From Amoebophrya sp. A120 (Eukaryota > Protista > Dinoflagellata): DNA of 64,000 nt. Each line of letters begins with the position of its first letter. The stretch's first letter is position 1. The stretch lies in contig CAJINV010000001.1 in assembly GCA_905178155.1 (NCBI GenBank), positions 7,137,794 through 7,201,793 of the forward strand, in the 5' to 3' direction. Of this stretch, positions 39,801 to 50,059 are shown in pieces. Under the pieces are notes generated by a model, which was not told where the DNA came from, searched no databases, and worked only from the letters and a program-made list of their open reading frames with translations. A program made the position numbers and the translations under genes.

Positions 39801-41714
39801 TGACAGGCCCTCCGACATGTGTGGAGCATGGAGTCACGCCCGGCTGTGACACGTGTCTCGAGGGATACGAGAAAGTGGACCTTGTGTGCGTAACCACGAC
39901 GACGACGACAACGACAACGACGACGGTGACAACGACAGTTACCACAACGTCCACAACAGGATTTTTGGCCAGCGAAACCGAGCCCGGGATCTTGCCTGAA
40001 GACGAAGTTATCGAAGATGAAAGGCCCGCCGAAGGCGAAATCGAAGAGGAAAAGCCCGAAGTTGAAGTCGAGGAGGACAAGAAGGACCAGGTCCGCTCAT
40101 TTGATATGGGCGTGAATATACCAGCGGACCCCCAGGAAGCGGAAGCAGTTTTGAACAGCGCAGAATTTAAAAATTCGATCGCCACGGGTCTTGTGAAGTT
40201 TTTCCAGGAGAAGGGCGTCACCGATCTCAAGGAGGATCAGCTCGAGAACATACAGATTACCCTGGAGAAGTCTTCGTTTTCGTCTGCATTTTTGTCTTCC
40301 GCCGCCACCGCGAGTTTTGCTACAGACCAGGACGAGGCCGGTGCCGCAAAGAACAGTAATCCAAGGGAGGGTATTAGCCGGGGTCGCATGGCTAGAATAC
40401 GAAAGAGCGGCAAAGATGCAAGGGTGTTGCGGTTTGAGGATAAAGACCAAGACGCGGCAAGAACCGACGGCGCTGCGGGTTTGTCTGCAGAGGAGGTGGG
40501 ACAGAAGAAGGTCTTCAACAAGAGGTCTATGTCGAACATAAAAGTGCAGTTTACCATTCACCCCAGCGCCAACGGCTCCTCGAACCAAGCTGCGTTGCTC
40601 AACAATGCCTGGCCCTCGTCCACCTCGAGTTCGGCGGGGTCCGCGAACAACGCAGGGGCCGGCCCCATAGGTGGTGCCGGTCCGTTGGTGCAGGCGGTGA
40701 ACACGCAGGTAGCCAAAAGTCCGGGCCTCGCGAACACCATCACGGTCGTGGAGGCAGAAGATGAGAGCACGTCTTCCGCGCCCGACGAACAGGAACACAG
40801 CACGCCATTCCCCCTCAACCCCGCGTCTGGCTCTGGGGAAACGGTCGTGTATGAGAAATCGATCACGATTAACATTAACAAAAATAGTAGTGGCACACTA
40901 TCGACCGGTGCGATCGCTGCAATCGCCATCATTTGTCTCGTTGTCCTTGTCGGCATTGGCTTTACCGTGATGGATCCGACCAAGCTGGGAATGCAGGGCG
41001 TTCCAGGACCGGAGCTGGCACGGGAGATCGATGAATCGAGCAGCAGCAGTGAAGAGGAGCAGAAGCCGCCGGCTGGGACCCCTCCCGCGGGCAGTACAAG
41101 CCCACGCGAGGGTCAGCAACCGGTGCCGGGGCTCCAGCAGCAATCTGTCACTGAAAGCCCGCGCGGACCACAGGATGCTGTCGGTGCAAGCCCGCGCGGA
41201 CCACAGGATGCTGTCGGATGCAGCTGTCGGTGCAAGCCCGCGCGGACCGCAAGAATCGATTACCACTTCTGCGCCGCAAGAACAGCCAGCGGGAGAAGAT
41301 GCGGCCGCACAAGAAAGCACTGCAGCACAGGACGCCCCAGCTACGTCCGCTGCTGCCGCGGAGCAAACGACAAGCCATTCCGCTGCGGGCGTGGAAAGCG
41401 CCACCGCAGCCGTGGAACAACCGCAGCCGGATGCGGTCGCGTCGCTACCGGTAGAGGGAAAAGTCAAGAAGAAAAAGCGCAAAGTCAAGGAGGACGGCGA
41501 GGATCCCGCGGGCGATCCTTCAGGAGAAGGCGGCGCCAGTACTGTGCCTGAAGCGACAGCGGCTGTTGCCGATCCTTCCGCCGATGCAGCTGCGTCTGCT
41601 TCCACGTCGGAGGTGAAGAAAAAGAAGAAAAAGAAAATCAGTGCGGGACCTGATGCTGGGGCAGCAGCAGGGGAGCCACCTCCTGCTGAGCAGGCACCGG
41701 AAGAACCCCAATAA
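30887..41714 (+). CDS. Giant Cys-rich membrane adhesin-like protein (PAN/apple-like, TSP1-like and EGF/furin-like repeats, Thr-rich linkers, TM, acidic tail); two apparent frameshifts
   Basis: ORFs 30806-33223, 33387-33707, 34016-35443, 34813-38013, 38240-41551 and 41031-41714 are linked by two degenerate introners, one GT-AG intron (37972-~38245) and frameshifts near 35346 and 41220. Repeats DCVGSW...C.G.GE..TR.YT....NGG.AC. TM GAIAAIAIICLVVLVGIGFTVM. Confidence 0.72.
33196..33398. mobile_element. Introner family E (203 bp, TAC...ATA ends, imperfect TSD ACGAC/CCGAC)
   Basis: ACAGCAAAA...GTAAGTACTT is inverted to AAGTACTTAC.TTTTGCTGT. Removal + 5 nt fuses TDCTTTT|TTTTTSSTQGPVC in frame and bypasses the stop at 33221-33223. 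Confidence 0.8.
33703..33996. mobile_element. Degenerate introner-like non-canonical intron (~294-297 bp)
   Basis: Starts TATGAGATTGGACA and ends TGTCCAGCACGGGTATA. GAAGC precedes it and recurs at 34000-34004. Removal gives ENPTK|RWCYLHIADVW, matching the paralogous repeat KCYLYRKDIF. Confidence 0.65.
35749..36384 (+). repeat. Four near-identical 159-bp (53-aa) TSP1-like coding tandem repeats
   Basis: Units start at 35749, 35908, 36067 and 36226 (GACTGCGT.GG.TCGTGGAGCGT). More diverged units follow, and a second array lies at ~38400-39230. Confidence 0.9.
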
Positions 41715-42451
41715 ATGAATGTACAGAAGCAGCCCCATTGGCGATGTAGTTAATGTAGAGCAACAGTTGGAATGATCTGTAAAGTGTAAACTATGACGAC
41801 GAAGAACGTTTATAAGTACGACGAGAAAAGAACAAAGTGCAGGTCGTGAAGTTGCAACTTGCCATCATACGCCAGTTCGGAAACTAAACAGTCAAATTCT
41901 GCTTATGGCGCGCAAAGCCTAGATTCGATTGGAAGTTGTAAACCAATCCACGGGAAGGCGAAAGACCCCTGAAGATGAAGAAGATGTTGACGATTCCTTT
42001 GACTTTACTGAAGTGAATTTCTCCGCCAGAGAAAATCAAAAACAAAACTTTCGAAGAAAATGAGAAAATAAAGCTGATTCGTTGGCGCAGTAAGGCAGAA
42101 AGCGCTCGTTGCGAGCGGTTTTGTCGAACCACCTTGCTGACACATTATGCGTTCCTCGTTACATTACACCAGCCATCATGTCTTAACGACTATGCCATTG
42201 TAGAGCCGGCGGCACTTAAGTACACAATGGACGGCGATGAGCAGTCCGCTCTCGGCGTTTTTGGCACGACTGCTTGCAGCTTTCTCTTCTTTCTTGTCGT
42301 TTTGATTGAGGTAGGCCGTTGATGCTGTCGGCTGCAGTTGCTGCAATATATAAACAACATGCAGGACGAGGCTTGTCTAGAATATAGTGCGTAGATTCCA
42401 CTGAGGGTTTGAGGGTTAGGGTTTGGGGCTATTTCTTTCTCGGTTGGCAGG

Positions 42452-44258
42452 ATGAATGACTCTGCGCAAACATTTCGGAGCCACGCGTGCAACCGCCTCG
42501 ATCCCGTCGATTGTTTCTCCCGGCCCATTCCAAAAAATCATTTTCATGGGGAGGAAAGCAACGACGACCTCTGGGAAGAGTTGTACAGAAACCCGCAATT
42601 TTACGAGCTTCACGCGATTGGAACGGTAAGCACACCTCTATCCGTTTACAGCTCGATGAAAATAGCGTGGATGTTGGCATCACTACACTAAGTACTGCTC
42701 AACATTGCAATTGCTTCTAGAAGGTGAAGACAAAAACTTCGGTGGCCACGCATTCCGGTGGACGAGAGCAATCTGAAGTGAATCTAGATCTACATTGATA
42801 TTACAGGGCCGAGGTGCGCGCTTAGGCCTCAAGTGCCGAATCTGCCACGACATCAATGACATGACCTCAAGACACATCGCCCCCCTCTGCAGGCAGCACA
42901 AAAAGAACGCCCCCTACGCCTCCCCAGCGTTCGTACTCGAGTACGGTGAGCCGCTCGTTATCGAGGGGAGGTTTGGTGCCAACCTGCGACCCGTGAATGT
43001 GCGCAATTTTCCCGGAAGGCATGTTCCTGAACAGTACGCGAAGTTCGACGCGCACTATCCCGCAGCCGCCATCGTGCCGGAAGGCAGAAACCTGCAAAAA
43101 AGCAGGCCGGACTGCGAGCGTGTCGCTGAAGCCAGGTTACAAGCACGAGAGGAAATTATTGTGTCGAGGCTATCCTCGGAACAAAGTAGATGTATGCCCG
43201 ACGTACTATCTAGATTCCACAAAACTTCTGGCACCAGTGATGGAAGTGATTCGCTTGCTGCCGACAGCTCGGCGAAAAAAAAGCTCTCGTGCCAGCAGCG
43301 AGGACGGGCGAAAGAGAGCTACGCAGGTAACTGTGCGGCCCGCGCGATGGTGCGTCAGCCGACACCTGCGCCTGGGAAGCGTAGAGGCGTCGAAAAAAGC
43401 GGAGCGGATTCTTCGTCGTCGCGGGTGGGGGTTGTCCGAGGCCAAGATAGGGACCAGCAGCACCGTCGGAGAGCGGCCGCCCCCGCACTTTTGCCCCGAA
43501 ATCGAGTTGCAGGCCCGCCATGTGAAGATGTTAAGCTGCTTTCCACGACGAACGTTCAGCAGCACAGTCAAGTTGGTCAGCGAAAAGAACAACTGCCTGC
43601 GAAAAGCTTGATGTGGGCGAGAGTAAGACAGCCTGAGACGCTTGAGCAAAAGGAGGCCCGGCTGAACGAGCGCGAACGTGTTTTGGACGAGTGGCAGAAG
43701 GACTTAGAATTGCGGCGCGGCTTCCCGGGGCTCGCTTACAAGGACGCGCTTCTGGATGCGCGGGCGCGCGCACTGAACCAGTGGCAGAACGACCTCCAGA
43801 CTTTCCGGCCCAGGTTTTCGTCCGCTTTCGCGGCCTGCCTCTCTGTTCGGGAAAAGCGGCAGGTTCGGTTTGACGTCGTGGAGGCATGGGCCCCACACTT
43901 CTGCTGTGCAAGCGATACAGGGTCCTCTGCCTCCTCTGTGTCGGCAAGGAGCATGAGGGCCGCTAGCTCGTCCGCCGATTCCGACTCGTCTTCGAGAGAC
44001 GACTCCAGCAACGAATCCACAGAGCCGTGTCGAAAAAGTCCTCGCGTTGATCGGCGGCGAAATCATGTTGTTCCCGCAAGGAGCAGTTGTCGCAAGCGGA
44101 AGAAAACTCCAGGGCCCAGCCAATCTTCTTCCTGCTCCCAGCGCGGGCGTTCGTCGAAATTAAGTAGTGGCTTCGCCAAAGGCAAAAAAACGCATTCCAA
44201 AAGCCGAAATACACCGTCGACTCAGGATGACTCAGCGGATGAGATTTATGACGAGTGA
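42452..44258 (+). CDS. Unknown protein, paralogue 1 (Cys-containing N-terminal domain, coiled coil, Ser/Arg-rich tail)
   Basis: Exon 42452-42625, GT-AG intron, exon 42807-44258. PVDCFSRPIP...EELYRNP.FYELH..G and LKCRICHDIN are shared with the next gene. True start uncertain. Confidence 0.65.
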
Positions 44259-44901
44259 TAAAATAATGCCAGGGCTGAAAACCGACACAATGCAGAAAAT
44301 GTTCAACCTCAAAAATTGGTTCTGGCGCCGTGCTTTCAATGGCGCTGGTCCTGGTGTTTCTAGAACGAGACGTCTGTTACTCTTGATTCCCGTTCTGTGC
44401 GTGGTTGTCCACTCTCAATGATGCTGTAGTTTTCTTGCTCGAAGATTATGAAAAGAAAGACCGACCCAAGAGTCTGACCCTGACCGGGGTACGTAAGTAC
44501 GTACAAGTGCGCGGGAAACATGTTTCATCTTTTCTGTACTTCTAAGGTGGAAGCAGGCTGCGAGGTGCCTTCCCTGTGATCCGATCTTGATCGAAATCGA
44601 AATGCACACGCACAGACAACAACTACACAGGATCAGGTTGATTGAAGCAACAGGCAGTTGACCTTGTGTGCTCGTGTCGTGCATACCTATTTGTTTCTTG
44701 CGAGTCTCCGGTTTTTTTTTTTGAGGAAAAAACTTACGCTTGAGCTGAAAACTCACACGATGCTCCTGATAGATCAGTGTAAAGTTGTCTAAGTCTCGTT
44801 TCATTGACGCATTATAGTCCACGCAAACGCGCCATCGGCACTGCGACGCGGCAACGCTCTTGCTGCTGCTGCTACTCCCATAAATCGAATCCTATTGAAA
44901 G

Positions 44902-46664
44902 ATGGCGGGCACACCTTCAATGTCGATGTCAAGGTCCTACTCGCGTCCCGGGACGGCCGGAAGGAGTGGCACGCTTCCGCCCGGTTCGGTAACGGGCAGC
45001 ACGCAGCTCCCTGAAGACTCGGAAGATGTTCTGCAGTGCAAGCCGGTTGATTGCCTCTCTCGACCCATCCCTATTACCATGCTTTTCGGTGAGGGCGAAG
45101 ACAGGAACGAGGAACTGGTAGCAGAGCTCCACAGGCGGCCGCATGTTTACGAGATGCATCACGCGGGGCAGGTATTACTTCAGCCTCTAAATGTAAAGCT
45201 CTCTGTTTCTTTGTTAATCTTAAAAGTGAGGAACTATTGTTTAGCTAGCGCTCGGGCTCGCCTGTTGGTTTTTGAAGGTTCTTGTGCTGATGCTGCTCAG
45301 GCTTAGCCGAACGCATGCACCTGCGCTAGTTTTTTTTTTCGTTCTCTGGAACGCAGGGCGACGGTTCATTTGTGGCACTGCGGTGTCGGATGTGCAGAGA
45401 CAAGAATCAAATCGGGCTCGAGCATATGCAGAGTCTGAAGCACAAAAAGAACATCGACATGCAGTACGACCTGGCATTGACGCTGGAGATCGGCGAAGAG
45501 CTGAACGTTCCCGGCCGGTACGGCCGCCTTATTGAGCCGGTGAGTGTCTTGGACCGGCCTGGCATTCATGTGCCCCGCGACTACAAACAGCTCGGCCAGT
45601 CTTATGGTGGCGCGCGACAGAATGCTTCGCTCATCAGTGTGGCGCCGGGGCCCAGTTTGTACTTGGGCTCCACACTCGAATCCGTGTCCCCCATACGAGA
45701 ATCGCCACGCTCTTCATTTTCAGCGCAATCGAGCAAAGCGCCGGATCCGTGTGCGGCAGCTGAGAGTCTCCTAAGTGAACGCAGTTTGACCCTGACGCAA
45801 TCACGTCGTGTGCCCGAGCAAGAGAGTTGCAGCCGGGGCACGCACTCCAGATCCGAGTCTGGAGCTCAGCTGAGATCCAAGTCAAGAGCCGCGGCGAGAT
45901 CCAGGCTCGGAAAGAAGTCGAAGAAGAGCAAACGCGACTCATTCTATGACTCCTCGCAGTGGTTGCACGAGGACGAAAAGGCAGCTTCGAAAAAATCCAA
46001 AAAATCGCGAGCAAGGTCGAAGGATGAAGACTTCACACGACGGAGAAAGCGCAAAGCAACGCCAGCAGCGAGAGGAGACACGTCGCGCCGTGGAAAATCG
46101 AGGGCCGGGCGCAATAGCGCTGAATTTTCACAAACTGGAGCGCAGACAGAAAGAGGCAGACGTCGACGGGACGTAAGCGCAGAAACGGAAACAGATCTGG
46201 ACGAGCAGAGTCTTGCGAGCCGGTGCGCGGGGCTTGAGATAGAGCAGGAAGAGCACCTTGGAGCGCTAGCGGACCAGCTGAGCCAGCGAAGTGACTACCT
46301 GCGGAGAAAAGAACTGAACTTGAACAAACGGCAAGCACAGATGGACAAGCGCGAGGAGGAACAGCGCGCAAAGCTGGACCGGCTGGAGACCGCGTTGCGC
46401 AAGAGGGAGGAAGAATTGCTACGGCGCGAACAAAAGACAAGCCGAAATCTGGATAAACGCCGACAAGCATTGGACGATCGGGAAAAGGTTCTGGAGAAAC
46501 GCGAGCGGCGGATCGCCCGGCGGACAAAAGAAGCCGCAGATCTGGGCCAGGACGACACCTTGGGCCACACCACGCAAACGCCCGAAAGCGCACCACCGGA
46601 AACCGAGGCCACCGAATCGGCCGGGGGGGCGGTGCGTCAGAGCAGAAGATATCTACAGGTCTAG
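44902..46664 (+). CDS. Unknown protein, paralogue 2
   Basis: Exon 44902-45171, intron at the same position as in paralogue 1, exon 45357-46664. PVDCLSRPIP...ELHRRP.VYEMH..G and LRCRMCRDKN. Long coiled coil. Confidence 0.7.
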
Positions 46665-48062
46665 TTGCTGGCGACAACAACTCCACACGCGATCAGTCTC
46701 CACGTTCCCAACTCCGTATCAAGTAAGCTACTCACATCTGGTCCCCTGCGCGTACGCTGCCTTCCTTCAGCTAAATCCCACTCATCAATCTATGCTGCGT
46801 GCCAATCATCAGTCACGTGAAGAAATGTTCTGAACGCGAGCCGCTGAGTGTGAAATCTTTCTGAGTTAACATTCTGTTCAGATTGCAGCATGTAAATGCA
46901 TTTCGCGTTGAGTCGTGTTTAGAGCGATCGTTGGCTAAGACCCGTGGGCAAAGTCGGTCATTTCTCTGACACTCTGTCTATGTACGAGAATCCACTACTA
47001 GGAGGCATCGTTGACGGCAACATCAAGAAACGAAATCAACTACGAAAGCACGGAACACTTGATTGCACCGTAGGACACCAAAAGAAACTCACATGATCGA
47101 CCGAGCAAAAGTCAATTCCAAGGTCGTAAGTCTAAGTAGCAGAAGATAATATCGGATGAGAGAAATCGATCTAACGAATAACTCGGTTCGACGCGATACG
47201 TGGGACGTGAAAAATAAAAAACGAGATGAAAATTGTGCCGACCTCTCGTGGAACTGGAACAGATGATAAAGATACAACAACAAACCTCTCAACAATGAAT
47301 CTGATTCCGCAAGAAAGAGAAAAACGAAATCACATCAACTCACCTTTCCGTACGCACCTGCAGGACCCTCTTACTTTCAGTACATTACCCCAGGCCTCCC
47401 ATTCTGAACATGTAAACAACTACCCGCAGGCTGTGCTAAGCTTGATGATTGTGGGAAAATGTTATGGACTCCACTACAACTGTAGCTGCGTTTTTTTTTG
47501 CCGAGGAGCTACGGAGACCGGCGCACTAGCAATTATTTCTCGACTTAACCGTGTAGAAAAAGTAAAAGAGTACTTTATTTGAACTGTTTTGGTTTTCATC
47601 CAAGAACAGAACTAGTGGTTGCGCAACGTAAATTTGTTTCGACTGGGAGTTTGCTGCTTGTACCTTTTGTGCGTCGGTCCGAGTCTACTTTTCGCCATTG
47701 ATTTCGCATTGCACTTTTTTTGAAGTCATTGAGTCAGTTGATCTTTAAAGTCACAAGCACATCAACGAACCTGTTTTATTGCGACCTCCATTTTGCGCCT
47801 TCGAGTAAAGAAAGTACTATCCAACAGTAAGAGCTACGCCTTTGAGTTGGGGCCGCAAAGGTCACGCTTTTACTTGCAACTGTTTGGTTTGCGACGAGCT
47901 ATTACAGTATTAGTAAAAGAACAAATAGAAATAGGGACACGACCACCAAAGAAAGACCACACTTTAATACAGCTGGCACTGTCACACCTTTAAAAACTGT
48001 ATCAAAAAATCTTACGAAAATATACGCATGCCGACGCCCCTGCGGGATTTTAATACACAGCC

Positions 48063-49527
48063 ATGTATTCGGTAGAGTCGCACCAGCCCATCTCCCCGGG
48101 TCGGTCTAGCTCCTCCACCTTCTCCTCCTCCTCGAAACGGCCCGCCGACTATTTTTGGTCCTCCGACTCAACAAAGAAACGACGAACAGACCAGCCCGTC
48201 GTCGTGCCCGACAATGTCGTCCAAGAGCTTAGCTTCAAGTATAGAGTTTTGATGTAGTACTAGAAAGTGCAAGTTTTTTCGCCGGTTTTCGACCTTTTCT
48301 CTATTTCAACATCGACTTGGTGTTGTTTGTGCATTCCACATCGTGGCAGCTTCTTCTTTCAAAGTCGAGCTCGTCCAAGAAGCAAGAAAAAAACCAAAAC
48401 TCTAAATTAAAAAACAGGCACCACATTCCGCAGGGGATCGTGAGCGCGGTCTTGGAAACAAACGAGCCAGAAGAGGGTATTCTGGCGCTGAAAGAGTTTC
48501 AACAGGAATGTTTTGTGCGGAATATTGAAAGGAAAAATCCCCCCTCCCCATATCAAAACGGAAATCTGTGATGCAGATTTGTGGTCACAAATCAGCTTTG
48601 TGATGCTAGAAGGCAAAAGATGCGGATTGTAGTGCTGTCTAGCGTGGGAAAGCCTTGCAGCTCCACCAGGATGACAGGAGGCAACTGGAAGTGGGGAACA
48701 GCATGACAGATTACCTGCAATTTAGGCCGCAGCTTCGTCTCTTGGCCTTCTAGCAATACAAGTCGATTTGTGTACTCAAATACAGCATCACAAATTCGCG
48801 CATCTTCCGTTTCCGATATGGGGTGGGGGCTTTTTTCGGTTTGATACGGAAGCGACCCCGACCAACGGACCATGACGATCCCCATAGCATTGAGAACGTG
48901 CTGAGCCCCCCCGCGGGGCCGGTATTTGGTGGAGGAGGGTCCTCCTCCTCATTTACCGGAATAAATAAGGCCCACCATAATTCGTTTCCTTCCCCGCGGG
49001 AGCTGTTGCAGCAGGACCACCAGCACCAGTCGACGTGGGCCGCACCCGAGACGATTGAAGGGTGGGCACAGGAGTTCGCGTTGGCCTTCGAGTCCACGAC
49101 CGACCGGGCCGAGCTACAGAGGAGATGCATCAAGCTGCTGCAGGAGTACAGTAAACGGTCGGACGTGGGCACCAGGTACGAAAAACTCCGCACGGCCAAT
49201 CAGGTGCTCTACAGAGCCATTGCACAAATGAACGAGCGACTACGACGACAAACCCAACAGGAGCGACAGACCGAGGAAGCGACCAACCGGCGATACAGCG
49301 AGGTACGGTTTTGTTTTTCGACTTTTTTATTTTTACCTCTCTTTTTAATACGATTGACTGCACCAACATCGAAGAACTGACTCGCTTCTTTTGGGCGGTG
49401 TATCAAATCCGTACAATGATCAGCGAAAATCTTCCAAATTTTTTCGATACATCAGGTGGAGGAGAGGTGCAGGAAGCTGGAGCAGCAAAACGATATTTTG
49501 CGGTACCACCTGCAACTGAAGGGATGA
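48063..49527 (+). CDS. CUE-like domain + coiled-coil protein (resembles plant-type Cue-domain family)
   Basis: Exons ~48063-48238, 48418-48522, 48852-49302, 49456-49527. Motifs EGWAQEF...RRCIKLL, NQVLYRAI and LEQQNDILRYHL. Confidence 0.55.
48523..48846. mobile_element. Introner family A copy 3 (324 bp, TSD CGGAA)
   Basis: TATTGAAAGGAAAAATCCCCCTCCCCATATC ... GATATGGGGTGGGGGCTTTTTTCGGTTTGATA. CGGAA flanks. Removal gives ECFVR|KRPRPTDH. Confidence 0.92.
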
Positions 49528-50059
49528 CATTGCAAATGAACCGGATAATTCTCTTCCTTGATCTTGAGCTTTATTGTGCCAGTCTTGCGACACAAAAGCG
49601 ACCCATTCACAAACAAAAGAAACTAGCACTTGCACTTAGTTTGAGGTGCAATGAGTTACGCAGACCCGTGGTGTTCCTGTGTCTATAGTTGCAGCGCTTT
49701 GTCCTTTCGTCGTGTGCTCTCGTTGAATCAGCAGAGGAATGCAGAAATTTTTACATCGTTTCGTGTTTTGTCGATCGTCATGACAGAGAGGGGTAGAGAG
49801 TGTGGTGGTCGCTGGCGCCACCGAGGGGAAGACGAGAGCCACTTGACTAGTTTCGTATGCGTTTAATCGTTCGTTTTCTTGATGAAAAAGTCGTTTTTAC
49901 AGTACATGCTCCAATAAAACTTTCGAAGAGCTACGGCACCTACGAGAGAATTAACTCGATGATCTGGAGGAATAGATTTCTTTAACAAGATGCTGACCGC
50001 GGCCGCGTTTTGACACTGACGAATAAGGGACCACAAGCACACGAAGACACGCTACAAAA

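Noticed and set aside
12102-41605. Long minus-strand and alternative-frame ORFs overlapping the genes (e.g. 12102-13493, 34235-35329, 36658-37677)
   Set aside because: These are shadows of GC-rich plus-strand coding sequence with no recognisable motifs.
42402-42428. Telomere-like GAGGGTTTGAGGGTTAGGGTTTGGGG
   Set aside because: Only 3-4 degenerate units; could be chance.
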